Virus record (IMG/VR): IMGVR_UViG_3300030102_004953
Direction: 5' to 3' (one strand)
Source: an uncultured virus (IMG/VR IMGVR_UViG_3300030102_004953)
Lineage: Duplodnaviria > Heunggongvirae > Uroviricota > Caudoviricetes
Length of the DNA: 64,000 nt
Part shown: one piece after another, positions 1 to 9,623 of the stretch
Layout of the letters: every line of letters starts with the position of its first letter
Numbering within the stretch: position 1 is the stretch's first letter
Translations under genes and position numbers: made by a program
Notes under the pieces: generated by a model
Database searches by the model: none
Told to the model about the DNA's origin: nothing
The model's input: the letters and a program-made list of their open reading frames with translations, nothing else

Positions 1-65
1 GAGTCATCGTCTACTAAACCCCACCTATCACCAGGTGGTATTCTATTTGCTACGAGTGTTTTCAT
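1..65 (-). CDS. 5' end of a hypothetical protein running off the window (MKTLVANRIPPGDRW...)
   Basis: ATG at 65 overlaps the stop of the upstream gene (TAATG); frame is open to the window edge. Confidence 0.6.
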   Translation of the reverse strand, partial: MKTLVANRIPPGDRWGLVDDD

Positions 66-439
66 TACACTTCCTTTCTTTCATATTTTAATAAATCTTT
101 AGCTTGTACATTTTTACCACCATGAAACTCATCAGCAAAATGTTTTAACTCATTTGGATATTTTATTATTTCGATTGTGTTACCACTTGGGTCTTTTACA
201 TAATAACTTATACTACCATCTCTATGTTTCTTTACATTCTCCGTATGTGGTAACATATCAACCTCGAACGCTATATGATAAGGATGTTCGTCTTCAATCA
301 CTAAAGCAAGTTTGATATTATCAAATTCTAAAAAAGCCCAAGACTCATCTTGATATAAAACCTTAGAACCGTACTCTTTATAATAATTCACGGACTCAGC
401 TATATCATTAACTTGTAATGCTATGTGGTCAATCTTCAT
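65..439 (-). CDS. VOC (glyoxalase/bleomycin-resistance) family protein
   Basis: MKIDHIALQV...HIAFEV...YVKDPSGNTIE motifs; start moved to ATG 439, which follows a GGAG Shine-Dalgarno. Confidence 0.85.
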   Translation of the reverse strand: MKIDHIALQVNDIAESVNYYKEYGSKVLYQDESWAFLEFDNIKLALVIEDEHPYHIAFEVDMLPHTENVKKHRDGSISYYVKDPSGNTIEIIKYPNELKHFADEFHGGKNVQAKDLLKYERKEV

Positions 440-644
440 CGAATAACTCCATTTGTTTTTTATTTTTTTTGTAAGGATTAAACCATTCACCATACTCATC
501 AACCCAATAACTCCACGGTGATTCTAAATCTTTATTTTCATCATCGTATTTCATATTAGTCGAAATCGTATCTAACATATCTAAGGTTAACGGGTCATCT
601 GAGATTAACTTTATCGGTAACTTACCATGTCTAATTATTCTCAT
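429..644 (-). CDS. hypothetical protein
   Basis: ORF overlaps both neighbours in the operon. Confidence 0.6.
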   Translation of the reverse strand: MRIIRHGKLPIKLISDDPLTLDMLDTISTNMKYDDENKDLESPWSYWVDEYGEWFNPYKKNKKQMELFDED

Positions 645-843
645 CTAAAGCCTCTCTAACTTTCCACACACCTAAAACAAAAAAACTACATATCGTGAGT
701 GCTATAAAAAAACCCATGAATGAAAATAAATATTTTGTGATATAAGGTTGTGATATCACTAATGCAACAAATCCGATTACAACCGTAATAAAAAAACCTA
801 ACCCAGCATTTTGTGAAATGTGGTGTTCTATTTTATCTAACAT
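631..843 (-). CDS. small membrane protein, two predicted TM helices
   Basis: two hydrophobic stretches in 70 aa. Confidence 0.65.
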   Translation of the reverse strand: MLDKIEHHISQNAGLGFFITVVIGFVALVISQPYITKYLFSFMGFFIALTICSFFVLGVWKVREALDENN

Positions 844-845
844 AT

Positions 846-1028
846 TTAAGGCATCCTTTTTAATTTATTTATTGGTACTGTAAATGTTCTAGATGTCTCA
901 AGGTCGTTAACATAATAAGTACCGTTTTCGTTTATGTTCATCAAGATAGTAACACTATCTTTTTTTAAAATTCTATTATCTTCCTCGTGGTCTTCGATGA
1001 CCTTAAACTTATCTTTATTTTTAATCAT
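846..1028 (-). CDS. hypothetical protein
   Basis: ATGA overlap with the upstream gene. Confidence 0.6.
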   Translation of the reverse strand: MIKNKDKFKVIEDHEEDNRILKKDSVTILMNINENGTYYVNDLETSRTFTVPINKLKRMP

Positions 1029-1447
1029 GTTATCTCGTAATCATATATTTCTTCAAACTCATCTGTTTCAATCATTCTGATAGCATCCCATGTGAGAGCT
1101 GTACAAGCCTTTGCACATAACTGACAACCAATACATTCATTAAATCTAACTTGTACTGGTGGCATCGGTATATCATATTTCTCCTTTGGAACTGGCTCTA
1201 TACAATCTACAGGACAAAACGGTATACATACCTGACAGCCTGTGCAGTTATCCTCATCAACGACTGCAACAGACTTTGGTCTCTTCTTCTTAAATCCAAC
1301 TTTAGTAGCTGGTTCTCCAACTGAGCGATAGTGGTCATACATCGGTTNNNNNNNNNNNNNNNNNNNNNNNNNNNNNNNNNNNNNNNNNNNNNNNNNNNNN
1401 NNNNNNNNNNNNNNNNNNNNNNNNNNNNNNATGACTTTCCAATCCAT
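1025..1447 (-). CDS. 2x[4Fe-4S] ferredoxin-like protein (5' part crosses an N gap)
   Basis: CTGCQVCIPFCP and CIGCQLCAKAC motifs; true start uncertain because of the gap. Confidence 0.85.
   Translation of the reverse strand: MDWKVXXXXXXXXXXXXXXXXXXXXXXXXXXXXXPMYDHYRSVGEPATKVGFKKKRPKSVAVVDEDNCTGCQVCIPFCPVDCIEPVPKEKYDIPMPPVQVRFNECIGCQLCAKACTALTWDAIRMIETDEFEEIYDYEIT
1348..1430. other. assembly gap (run of N)
   Basis: 83 consecutive N. Confidence 1.
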
Positions 1448-1542
1448 TATTTAGCTCCTATTAGATATGGTATACATAGACCTATTATTAATAATAAGGT
1501 AATGTAACCAATCGTCATTAATATATCTTTAGTCTTGTACAT
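1447..1542 (-). CDS. 31-aa single-TM peptide (MYKTKDILMTIGYITLLLIIGLCIPYLIGAK), not in the ORF track
   Basis: translated by hand; fills the intergenic space exactly, TAATG overlap with the next gene. Confidence 0.6.
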   Translation of the reverse strand: MYKTKDILMTIGYITLLLIIGLCIPYLIGAK

Positions 1543-1543
1543 A

Positions 1544-2050
1544 TCAATCCATTAAAAATATTTCCATTGAATCAAGAACGACATCATTAACTTCCCACCA
1601 TAACCACATAAAACTACCATCCTTATATCTCCAATCGGTGCAAGTTATACAACCCTGCATTGTTTTTACAGGCTGAACCAACATCTTAAATCTACCATTC
1701 GTATCAACTACACTATATGGTTCAACAATCGGTACGTGATTAGCCAAGTTACGATATCTATAGGTTATTGTATCTTTGTAAACATCATACCATTTACCAT
1801 ACAGTTCATTTTGAATCATTTTTAAGTAACCACTACTATCGGTTCTATCCCAATACATATCGGTGTACCAATTAATCTTCATACCATCTTCACCACCAGC
1901 TACATTACCTCTTATGATGTGTGTAGTATACCACGGCACATCCATAATCTCCATCCTACCATTGAATGGTTCAATCTTTACAACCAGCTCTTTTTGTTTT
2001 GGTTCTAAATCACAACCTAATAACAATAATAATGTTAATAACTTTTTCAT
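1544..2050 (-). CDS. putative lipoprotein
   Basis: MKKLLTLLLLLGC: basic N-terminus, hydrophobic core, lipobox-like LLGC. Confidence 0.7.
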   Translation of the reverse strand: MKKLLTLLLLLGCDLEPKQKELVVKIEPFNGRMEIMDVPWYTTHIIRGNVAGGEDGMKINWYTDMYWDRTDSSGYLKMIQNELYGKWYDVYKDTITYRYRNLANHVPIVEPYSVVDTNGRFKMLVQPVKTMQGCITCTDWRYKDGSFMWLWWEVNDVVLDSMEIFLMD

Positions 2051-2295
2051 TAACTACTCTTTATTGTATGTATATCTTGAACACGATGTTCTGTTCCATT
2101 TGTATCTGTAAATACCTCAGGTAAATTTTCGTATTGTCCTCTTGGTATGTTACCGTGATTAACCATTGAGACACCCTCTCTCTCAGGTGGTAAACCTTCT
2201 AAATCACAATAGTCCCATTGTACTTCTTCATCACCAACACCAACAATCGGTTTACTTCTATTCATTACGTATAGCTGTATCAATGGAAATCTCAT
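2050..2295 (-). CDS. hypothetical protein
   Basis: coupled to both neighbours. Confidence 0.6.
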   Translation of the reverse strand: MRFPLIQLYVMNRSKPIVGVGDEEVQWDYCDLEGLPPEREGVSMVNHGNIPRGQYENLPEVFTDTNGTEHRVQDIHTIKSS

Positions 2296-3131
2296 ATCAC
2301 AGCTCTACCTTTCATCTCTTCCCAATCTTTGTTTTCCCTAACCTTATTATTAACTTTTTCAACTGCTTCTAATAACCCAAGTGTTTCAAAACCACTAATA
2401 ATAGCTGATAAGTCTTTTGGTAAACAATGCCCACCAAATCCCAACTCACCATCAGGACCTGGCACAGCCCAATGTGATTTACCAAGTCTCTCATCGTAAG
2501 TTGCATACTCTACAACTTTATCGTAATCTAAATCTAAATTATCACAAATGTATTTCATCTCATTAGCAAATGAAACTTTAGTTGCCAAGAATGTATTAGT
2601 AAAGTACTTTACCATCTCAGCGTGTTTTGCACCAGTCTTTACTATTGTTGCTTTTGGAAATACCTTTGAGTACACTTGCCTTAATTTTGTAGTTCCTCTA
2701 CGGATTCCACCTAAAATTATTCGGTTTTGATTTCTAAAATCTTCAACAAAATTAGCTTCTGTTAAAAACTCTGGATTGAATATAACATCTACACCTTTGT
2801 ACTTTCTATGTAATCTGTCTGTAGTGCCAGGTGGAACTGTAGACTTAATCACCACAGTTGGTTTATTATCAGAAAGAGGGTTTATACTACTAGCTATATC
2901 ATTTATTTCGTTTACAACACTCTCCACGATATATGTATGACAACTACCATCCTCATTCATCGGTGTTGGAACACAAACAAATATAACATCTGACAACACT
3001 ACCAAGTTTGACAATGGACAAGTAGTCTTAGAATCCAAGTGCTTGTCGTATGTCTCTACCTTGTAATGTTGTTCAAATCCAACCTTGAGTGCAGTTCCTA
3101 CATAACCTTGCCCTACTATTCCTATTATCAT
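2292..3131 (-). CDS. ugd: UDP-glucose/GDP-mannose dehydrogenase family (short form without the C-terminal domain)
   Basis: GQGYVG, FVCVPTP, IKSTVPPGT, NPEFL, GFGGHCLPKD (catalytic Cys). Confidence 0.9.
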   Translation of the reverse strand: MIIGIVGQGYVGTALKVGFEQHYKVETYDKHLDSKTTCPLSNLVVLSDVIFVCVPTPMNEDGSCHTYIVESVVNEINDIASSINPLSDNKPTVVIKSTVPPGTTDRLHRKYKGVDVIFNPEFLTEANFVEDFRNQNRIILGGIRRGTTKLRQVYSKVFPKATIVKTGAKHAEMVKYFTNTFLATKVSFANEMKYICDNLDLDYDKVVEYATYDERLGKSHWAVPGPDGELGFGGHCLPKDLSAIISGFETLGLLEAVEKVNNKVRENKDWEEMKGRAVI

Positions 3132-3880
3132 ATCTTACCTAGAACCGATGGGTCTGGTTCTATATCATACTCCTCTTCTGGCGTTATACCACCTAAAAAT
3201 ATCTCAGCCCACAATTTAGTTGTTTCAGGAAATGTTTTTAACATAATTCTTTTCATAGCTTTTGCATACTCTTGTATCTCTACTTGTGATGTAGGTTCAT
3301 CTCGTAGTTCAATAAAGTTCATAATACTTTGAAATGATGCAGTCCACCAAACTTTTGTATAGACTGTAAGTGGTAGAATACTACGAGCTTGTTCACGAGC
3401 TACTCCACGTTTCAATAACTCTTCATACGCTGTTATAGCTTCTCTCTGTCCTATCTCCCAAATTCTTTGTACGTGTGCTTGGTTGTCTACTAATCCATCA
3501 CTAGCTTGTTTATTATCCTCTGATTGTTTACGAAACTCTGTTGGTTCATAAAACTCATCATAAGGAACATACCTACCACTAATCTCATTCCAAGCGTGGT
3601 CTTTTGTAACGTGAGCAGATGTAGTCTCTATACCAACCACGTGTTTGTACCATTGTCTCATCACAAACTCAGGTGCTTTAATTATAAGCATACAATGTTG
3701 ATGCCTAAATGGTGAATGATGTTTATGTTTAATTAAGAACTTAGATAACTTTCTATCTCTTGAAGTAAACTCTTCACTAAATCCATCAAATGAAACCCTA
3801 GCGGCGTTTACAGGTGTTAAGTCATCACCTAAAGTATCTACTAATTCTATAAAACCTTTGTCTAAAACTTGTATTTTCAT
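3128..3880 (-). CDS. thyX: flavin-dependent thymidylate synthase
   Basis: VNAARVSF, HHSPF, NEISGRY, AREQARSILP, QVEIQEYA. Confidence 0.92.
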   Translation of the reverse strand: MKIQVLDKGFIELVDTLGDDLTPVNAARVSFDGFSEEFTSRDRKLSKFLIKHKHHSPFRHQHCMLIIKAPEFVMRQWYKHVVGIETTSAHVTKDHAWNEISGRYVPYDEFYEPTEFRKQSEDNKQASDGLVDNQAHVQRIWEIGQREAITAYEELLKRGVAREQARSILPLTVYTKVWWTASFQSIMNFIELRDEPTSQVEIQEYAKAMKRIMLKTFPETTKLWAEIFLGGITPEEEYDIEPDPSVLGKI

Positions 3881-4554
3881 AATTCCGATATTGTTTTGAA
3901 TTGTATGTTATGTTCTGATAATAAATATTTTAATACTTCTCTAAAGTGTAAATAATTTTCTTCGTTCCACATATTATCATTCCACTCACCAGCTATGTGA
4001 GATTGAAACATAAAACTACTATCCCAAATACTGATATCTTCTGATTGATTAATACCATCACAACCATAAAATGTTTTACAGCCAAAGTCTAAACCAAAGT
4101 TTATTTTATCGTGTGCAGCCACCCAATCAAATTGTTCACCAATAGCCTTCGCGCTCTCTTGGTTACAACCCCAACCTGGCATACGAAATCCCTTTGGTGT
4201 GTATCCTACAGCGTTCCATACTTCCATACTTCTTTCTATTCTAGCAACTGCACCCTCATAGTTTAACTCTAAAAACTCTTGCTCTCCTATATCATCTCTG
4301 AAAACACATTGGTGAAAATGTCCGTGTGATGATACTTCAACCCAGTCCTTATCCAACCAAAATTTAATCCAATCCATATGCTTATCTAATGGATAATCGT
4401 GATGATAGTTAGATGGTATAAACAAATTAAACTTACAACCAAATTCTTTATTTAACTTTTCTAAATAGGTTACACACTCATCACCATCACAACCCCAATC
4501 TTTTTCAGGATGTAAATCATCTATCGATATTGTTAAACCATATGTTATATCCAT
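3877..4554 (-). CDS. polysaccharide deacetylase-like (NodB/DUF2334-like)
   Basis: ISIDD, HGHFH, GFRMPGW. Confidence 0.75.
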   Translation of the reverse strand: MDITYGLTISIDDLHPEKDWGCDGDECVTYLEKLNKEFGCKFNLFIPSNYHHDYPLDKHMDWIKFWLDKDWVEVSSHGHFHQCVFRDDIGEQEFLELNYEGAVARIERSMEVWNAVGYTPKGFRMPGWGCNQESAKAIGEQFDWVAAHDKINFGLDFGCKTFYGCDGINQSEDISIWDSSFMFQSHIAGEWNDNMWNEENYLHFREVLKYLLSEHNIQFKTISEL

Positions 4555-5177
4555 TAAGCCACCCCCTCACTAAAAACTGCTGCATTCTTTTCTTTTCCAA
4601 ACTTCCAACCAAACGTTTCTATATCTTCTATGAATAAGTTTTGCACAAAATTAGCAGAGTAAGGATCGTAGATTTCTGTATAATGTTTTTTAACATTGGT
4701 AAATGATTGATTCACAAATGGTAACTCAATATCAACACCGTGATTTTCACAAAACTTCTTCCAATCTCTATCTAACATATCAAAGTTTAATGCATAGTGG
4801 GACTTCCAAGTTTCATATCCCTCTGTTCCTTGATGATATTTCATAGATTTGTGAAAATGGACCTGAGACATAAAAAGAGTAGCATCGGTAGCGATTCTCA
4901 TTCTTTCACTTGTTAACCACTCTTTAAAACTAAAGTCGTGATGTGGGTGATGATGTTTTGTATATTCCCACCAACTTACCATTCTTTCCCACGGATTTCT
5001 AAACACCATCATTTTTTTAGCTTTTCTAATTATTTGACTAGGTATCATTTGTTCTAAAACCATAACAGGATAGTGTCCTGCTTTTTCTATCTCTAATGCT
5101 TGCATTATAGACATTCCAGCAGTTTTTTGTTGATGTATAAAAATAATATTATGTTTTTTAGAATAGTTAGTTATCAT
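4554..5177 (-). CDS. sulfotransferase family 2 protein
   Basis: FIHQQKTAGMS (PAPS loop), RNPWERMVSWW, EDIETFGW. Confidence 0.85.
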   Translation of the reverse strand: MITNYSKKHNIIFIHQQKTAGMSIMQALEIEKAGHYPVMVLEQMIPSQIIRKAKKMMVFRNPWERMVSWWEYTKHHHPHHDFSFKEWLTSERMRIATDATLFMSQVHFHKSMKYHQGTEGYETWKSHYALNFDMLDRDWKKFCENHGVDIELPFVNQSFTNVKKHYTEIYDPYSANFVQNLFIEDIETFGWKFGKEKNAAVFSEGVA

Positions 5178-6168
5178 CTTTCTTAAAATCCTTGTAGTTA
5201 AAGAATCTATCTTGATTATAATACAATTTATTTAAATTTCCTTTTGATATATTGTTAAACTCTTTATACCAATTTTTACTAGCTCTCTTGAAATGAGTAT
5301 TTAAACTATCATCCTCACCCTCAACATATCTTCTCTTTTTAGGATGATTTCTATTATGAACTTTCAGTATATTCTTTACAACAAATTGTCTGTAGTTTTG
5401 CCCCATATGTAACATACAACTCTGTAAAAAAGCACTATCATCTCCATTCATATAGACAGCAGGTGGTAAGTTAGCACCAGTCATAAGTAAATCTTTTGAT
5501 ATTATGAGACCACTACCATCAAACTTTGGATGGGTAATCATCCGTACATCTAATTCGTCTACCTTATCATTTAACTCATCCATCTCTTCTTGATTCATAG
5601 TATATCTAATACTCCACGGTGATGATTCAGCTTTTCTTTTATCTTCCTCTGTATCCATATCATAATATGGTTTATCAGTAAATTCATTGTGTTCTAATAT
5701 CTTCCAACTCTCATCCCACATTTTTCTTACTGCGAATGTTGTTATATATCTATGTATATTGTTAGATTTAGCGTGTTCTGATATTTGTTCTAAAACCATA
5801 AAAAGTTGTCTTGGCATTAAACAATCTGATTCGCCCCATATTGTGAAATCATAATTTACACCCCTATTATTCAACTCTCTACGATAAGTAGCCATTGTAT
5901 AAGGTTTCTTATCGTCTTGATAGAATAAACTTTGAAAACCATATTTCTTTTGCAACTCACCTATACGAACAACTATATCTGTTTTCTTTTGTTCTGATTC
6001 ACACTTTTCAAAATACTCTGATAGATTCCACATTATCTCTACAGTTACGTTATCTTTATTATCAATATCCTCTAAAGCGTAACTTACTGATTTTATGTAC
6101 TCTTCAATCATATCAATCTCATAGAACATAGCGTGGCAACCGATTAGATATGTATTATTTAATTTCAT
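5167..6168 (-). CDS. hypothetical protein, possibly GT-A-fold glycosyltransferase
   Basis: WGESD (DxD-like) and GDDSAF motifs; glycan-cluster context. Confidence 0.45.
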   Translation of the reverse strand: MKLNNTYLIGCHAMFYEIDMIEEYIKSVSYALEDIDNKDNVTVEIMWNLSEYFEKCESEQKKTDIVVRIGELQKKYGFQSLFYQDDKKPYTMATYRRELNNRGVNYDFTIWGESDCLMPRQLFMVLEQISEHAKSNNIHRYITTFAVRKMWDESWKILEHNEFTDKPYYDMDTEEDKRKAESSPWSIRYTMNQEEMDELNDKVDELDVRMITHPKFDGSGLIISKDLLMTGANLPPAVYMNGDDSAFLQSCMLHMGQNYRQFVVKNILKVHNRNHPKKRRYVEGEDDSLNTHFKRASKNWYKEFNNISKGNLNKLYYNQDRFFNYKDFKKDDN

Positions 6169-7090
6169 TATCAACAACCTCTAATAGTTTGGTGTAATCA
6201 TTGGTGCCCGTAGTATTAACTTCATAATCATAAGTTTCTTGATTAACTGAACCAATCACATCGTAAACTGGTATCACATTAGCACCAGACAGTTTTCTGA
6301 AGTAACTATTCTCACCAAAATAGTTTGGACGAAGTTCTTTTCCTTTATGCACATAAGATATCACAGTTCCACCAAACAATGATGATAAAATAGAGTTACC
6401 ACCACAAACCGTAATAAAATTACTACAATTAGCCATAATCTTTAATTGTGTTTCATTGTAAGAGTATTTAGTTGGAATATCATCAAACAACCAAACATCA
6501 TCCATATATAATGGTAGTTCTCTATCTGATATTTTACCAATACCATCTACATCAGCTAATATGTTTTCGTAACCATTATGTATAGAGTTCATCTCATTTT
6601 GGTCTATAGCAAACTCTTCTTCTTTGTTCGTAGCCCTCTTGTAAATTACAACATATCCTTTACTCGTTAAGTTTACAAACATATCATACAAACATTTAAT
6701 ATCAAAGAAACCTAATGGTATCTCACCGTGCTCTAAGTTATACTTGTTACTTATAAAAACTATGGGTTTATCATCAAAATTAAATTCATCGTTCTTGTAA
6801 TGTTCTTTGTAAGGTGGTGTAGTCCACTCAGTATAATCTAACACCGCTGGTTCTTCCAATGGATTTATTCCGTGAATCCAATTATTCGGTAATTCATTAA
6901 GTCCTGCCGCAGCGTTGTCAATAGTTCTCTCTGTAAAATCCTCTCTTACATCATCACAAAAATAATAGAATGGTTTCATACCTTTAGAGGTTATAACTGT
7001 ATCTAACTTACCTTGTGTGTGTAAGTGGTAGGCGTATGGAACAACCAATGCTAACTCAACCCCAAACTCTGGATTTGCTTTTACTACCAT
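6155..7090 (-). CDS. hypothetical protein, possibly GT-B-like glycan enzyme
   Basis: EFGVEL N-terminus, FITVCGGNSILSSLFG; context only. Confidence 0.4.
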   Translation of the reverse strand: MVVKANPEFGVELALVVPYAYHLHTQGKLDTVITSKGMKPFYYFCDDVREDFTERTIDNAAAGLNELPNNWIHGINPLEEPAVLDYTEWTTPPYKEHYKNDEFNFDDKPIVFISNKYNLEHGEIPLGFFDIKCLYDMFVNLTSKGYVVIYKRATNKEEEFAIDQNEMNSIHNGYENILADVDGIGKISDRELPLYMDDVWLFDDIPTKYSYNETQLKIMANCSNFITVCGGNSILSSLFGGTVISYVHKGKELRPNYFGENSYFRKLSGANVIPVYDVIGSVNQETYDYEVNTTGTNDYTKLLEVVDNEIK

Positions 7091-7746
7091 TATGATACCT
7101 TTTTAATTAAATGAAAACCCTCAGCATATCCACAATTAGCTTGAATTCCTCTAAACTCACCCAAAACTCTCAACCTATGAGGTACATCAAACCCAGCTTT
7201 TTTATACTTCTTTATTTGGCTTATATGACACTCAGCCACTTTTATTTTCTGTTCCATATATTCAGTTATATCACTATAGTAGTTTATAGTCATTTCATTT
7301 TCTGTATGTCTTGGTACAGGTATCTGTTCATAACAAAATACATTTGGTACATATCTAGCCGCAGCCATTGTAGCTTTAAATGTAGATATATGGTCTTGAT
7401 TAGAATCACCAGCCCAATGAGTATAAATTGTATCTACTTTAAACTTTTGTATCAAACTATCTAACTTAGAAACACTTTCAAAACTAAATGGTACGTGTAA
7501 GTCAGTAAATGGTAAGAACTGAACTTCGGTTTGTATATTCATTTCGTGAACTGCTTTGTACACCTCATCATACAATTCTTCTTCGCTTCTCAAAACTTCA
7601 TTTGTTGTGCCTGATTTAGATTCAGTACTCGTCATACAAACATAAACGACATCATCTCCCTTATCTATATGTTTCATCAAAGTACCACTACAACCAAATT
7701 CTATATCATCAGGATGTGCTCCTATAGCCATAACTGATTTTTTCAT
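7090..7746 (-). CDS. PIG-L/LmbE family deacetylase
   Basis: AIGAHPDDIEFG and THWAGDSNQDH. Confidence 0.9.
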   Translation of the reverse strand: MKKSVMAIGAHPDDIEFGCSGTLMKHIDKGDDVVYVCMTSTESKSGTTNEVLRSEEELYDEVYKAVHEMNIQTEVQFLPFTDLHVPFSFESVSKLDSLIQKFKVDTIYTHWAGDSNQDHISTFKATMAAARYVPNVFCYEQIPVPRHTENEMTINYYSDITEYMEQKIKVAECHISQIKKYKKAGFDVPHRLRVLGEFRGIQANCGYAEGFHLIKKVS

Positions 7747-8432
7747 ATAACCTCTTTTGCTTCCTCTCCGTGATTAAATAACAAATCTAATACTGATAAA
7801 TATGGAACAAATTCTCCAAATAACTGATTATATTTTGGGTGTTCATATTCTTGCCAAGTTAATTCAATATTTCTTTTCTTGAACTCACTCTCATCTATAT
7901 ATCTCTTAGAGCCAGGACCTGAACCTGTAATATATTCCTTAGCACCCAAGTTATCAAGAATATCAAGTATTTTATCTAAGCCTGATAAATTACTCTTACT
8001 AATTGCAGATGATTTTACTATAGCTTGTGGGTATATTGATAACTTAGCTCTGAAGTAGTATATCAACTGACACGATAATTGCTCTAAACTTTTATATTGT
8101 TTTGTCAATATATTTTCTATATCCGAAAAGTAATCATTGAAAAAAGGTGCTTTCTTATAAAAACTTTCTATCAGATTAAGGTGTTTTGCATTCCAATCCA
8201 AATCATAGTTTATGATAGTATCACTAAAACTAACCATATCACTCTTATTTTTAATTGGTACAGTTAACCACTTAGAGCCAGCGTTAGTTTTTATTCTGTT
8301 TCTATGTCCAAAATGCTTTTTACCTCTTGGAAACTGAACATCATCAAATATGACAAATACATCACTTTGAGCCATCTTGTCAAAAAAACCCAACCACGGC
8401 ATATAGTTAGGTTGATGTATAGATACTTTCAT
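7743..8432 (-). CDS. WbqC family protein
   Basis: SIHQPNYMPWLGFF, DDVQF, RNRIK, WLTVP, LSVLDLLFNHG. Confidence 0.92.
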   Translation of the reverse strand: MKVSIHQPNYMPWLGFFDKMAQSDVFVIFDDVQFPRGKKHFGHRNRIKTNAGSKWLTVPIKNKSDMVSFSDTIINYDLDWNAKHLNLIESFYKKAPFFNDYFSDIENILTKQYKSLEQLSCQLIYYFRAKLSIYPQAIVKSSAISKSNLSGLDKILDILDNLGAKEYITGSGPGSKRYIDESEFKKRNIELTWQEYEHPKYNQLFGEFVPYLSVLDLLFNHGEEAKEVI

Positions 8433-9623
8433 TTAGCAGCCTTCATTAACCTCTATATTATCTGTCATCCAAGATTTAATACCTCTAGCAATATAGTTTA
8501 TATTATCAGTAGACAATTCAACATACATCGGTAGTGAGAATATTTCTTTTATCATTTTTTCAGAGTTTTTAAATCCAAAACTACTCAAATAGTTTTTGTA
8601 TATCTTCTGTTGATGACATAATGGTGAATACGCATTAGCTGTAGGAATCTTGTGTTCATCAAGTAACTTCTTACAGAACTCTTCTCTATCCCAATGTTTT
8701 CTTATACGTACAATATATTGCCAGTAAGATTGGTAAACGTTATGGGGTGAAATAGGTGTAGATAACCAATCTAACTTGCCTAAGTGCCATTCATATTCAT
8801 CAGCTATATCATTTCTTTTTTCTAACCAATCATCTAAGTGTTCCATCTGAGATATACCAAGTGCAGCGCAAAATTCTGTCATTCTGTAATTAGTAGATGG
8901 CATCTCACAAGTATATCCATAATCCAATCCCTCATACTTACCATCATTTCTACTTGTTCCGTGGTTTCTAACCACCCTACATTTCTCTGCTAATTCACTA
9001 TTATTAGTGGTAATCATACCACCCTCACCTGTAGTTATGATTTTACTTGGATAAAAACTAAACACACCAGCATCTCCAAACGTACCAGCGAATCTGATAC
9101 TATCAGTATATTCGTCATAGTAATTTGCACCAAGTGAATGTGCATCATCGGTTAACAGAAACAATCCCTTGTCTTTACAATAAGCCTCAATATCTAAAAT
9201 ATCAGGTGGTATCAATCCAGCCATCATAACTAAAACCACACCAGCTATATCTTTATCCTTTTCAACCTCTCTTTTAATAATATCAAAATCAAGACATTGA
9301 GTTTCAGAATTAACATCGGTTATTATCGGTGTGTTACCCGATCGTATTATACAATTCACACTAGCTGCAAATGTTTGTGTTGGAACTATAAACTTCTTAC
9401 CCTTGATACCTGATGCAATCAGTACAGTTTCGAGACCTGTACCACAACTTGTGGTTGCAACTGCATTATCTACCCATATTCTTTTTCTTACAAGTTCTTC
9501 AAACTCAGCTACATACTTACCTTGTATTAAACCACCTGTAGATAGAATATTATCAAATCTATCTAATACATCTTGTTTACTTTCCTCAGGTATGTATGGT
9601 TTAGCTCTATATAACGTATCCAT
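8433..9623 (-). CDS. DegT/DnrJ/EryC1/StrS PLP-dependent sugar aminotransferase
   Basis: DDAHSLGA, FSFYPSKIITTGEGGM (PLP lysine), NYRMTE. Confidence 0.92.
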   Translation of the reverse strand: MDTLYRAKPYIPEESKQDVLDRFDNILSTGGLIQGKYVAEFEELVRKRIWVDNAVATTSCGTGLETVLIASGIKGKKFIVPTQTFAASVNCIIRSGNTPIITDVNSETQCLDFDIIKREVEKDKDIAGVVLVMMAGLIPPDILDIEAYCKDKGLFLLTDDAHSLGANYYDEYTDSIRFAGTFGDAGVFSFYPSKIITTGEGGMITTNNSELAEKCRVVRNHGTSRNDGKYEGLDYGYTCEMPSTNYRMTEFCAALGISQMEHLDDWLEKRNDIADEYEWHLGKLDWLSTPISPHNVYQSYWQYIVRIRKHWDREEFCKKLLDEHKIPTANAYSPLCHQQKIYKNYLSSFGFKNSEKMIKEIFSLPMYVELSTDNINYIARGIKSWMTDNIEVNEGC

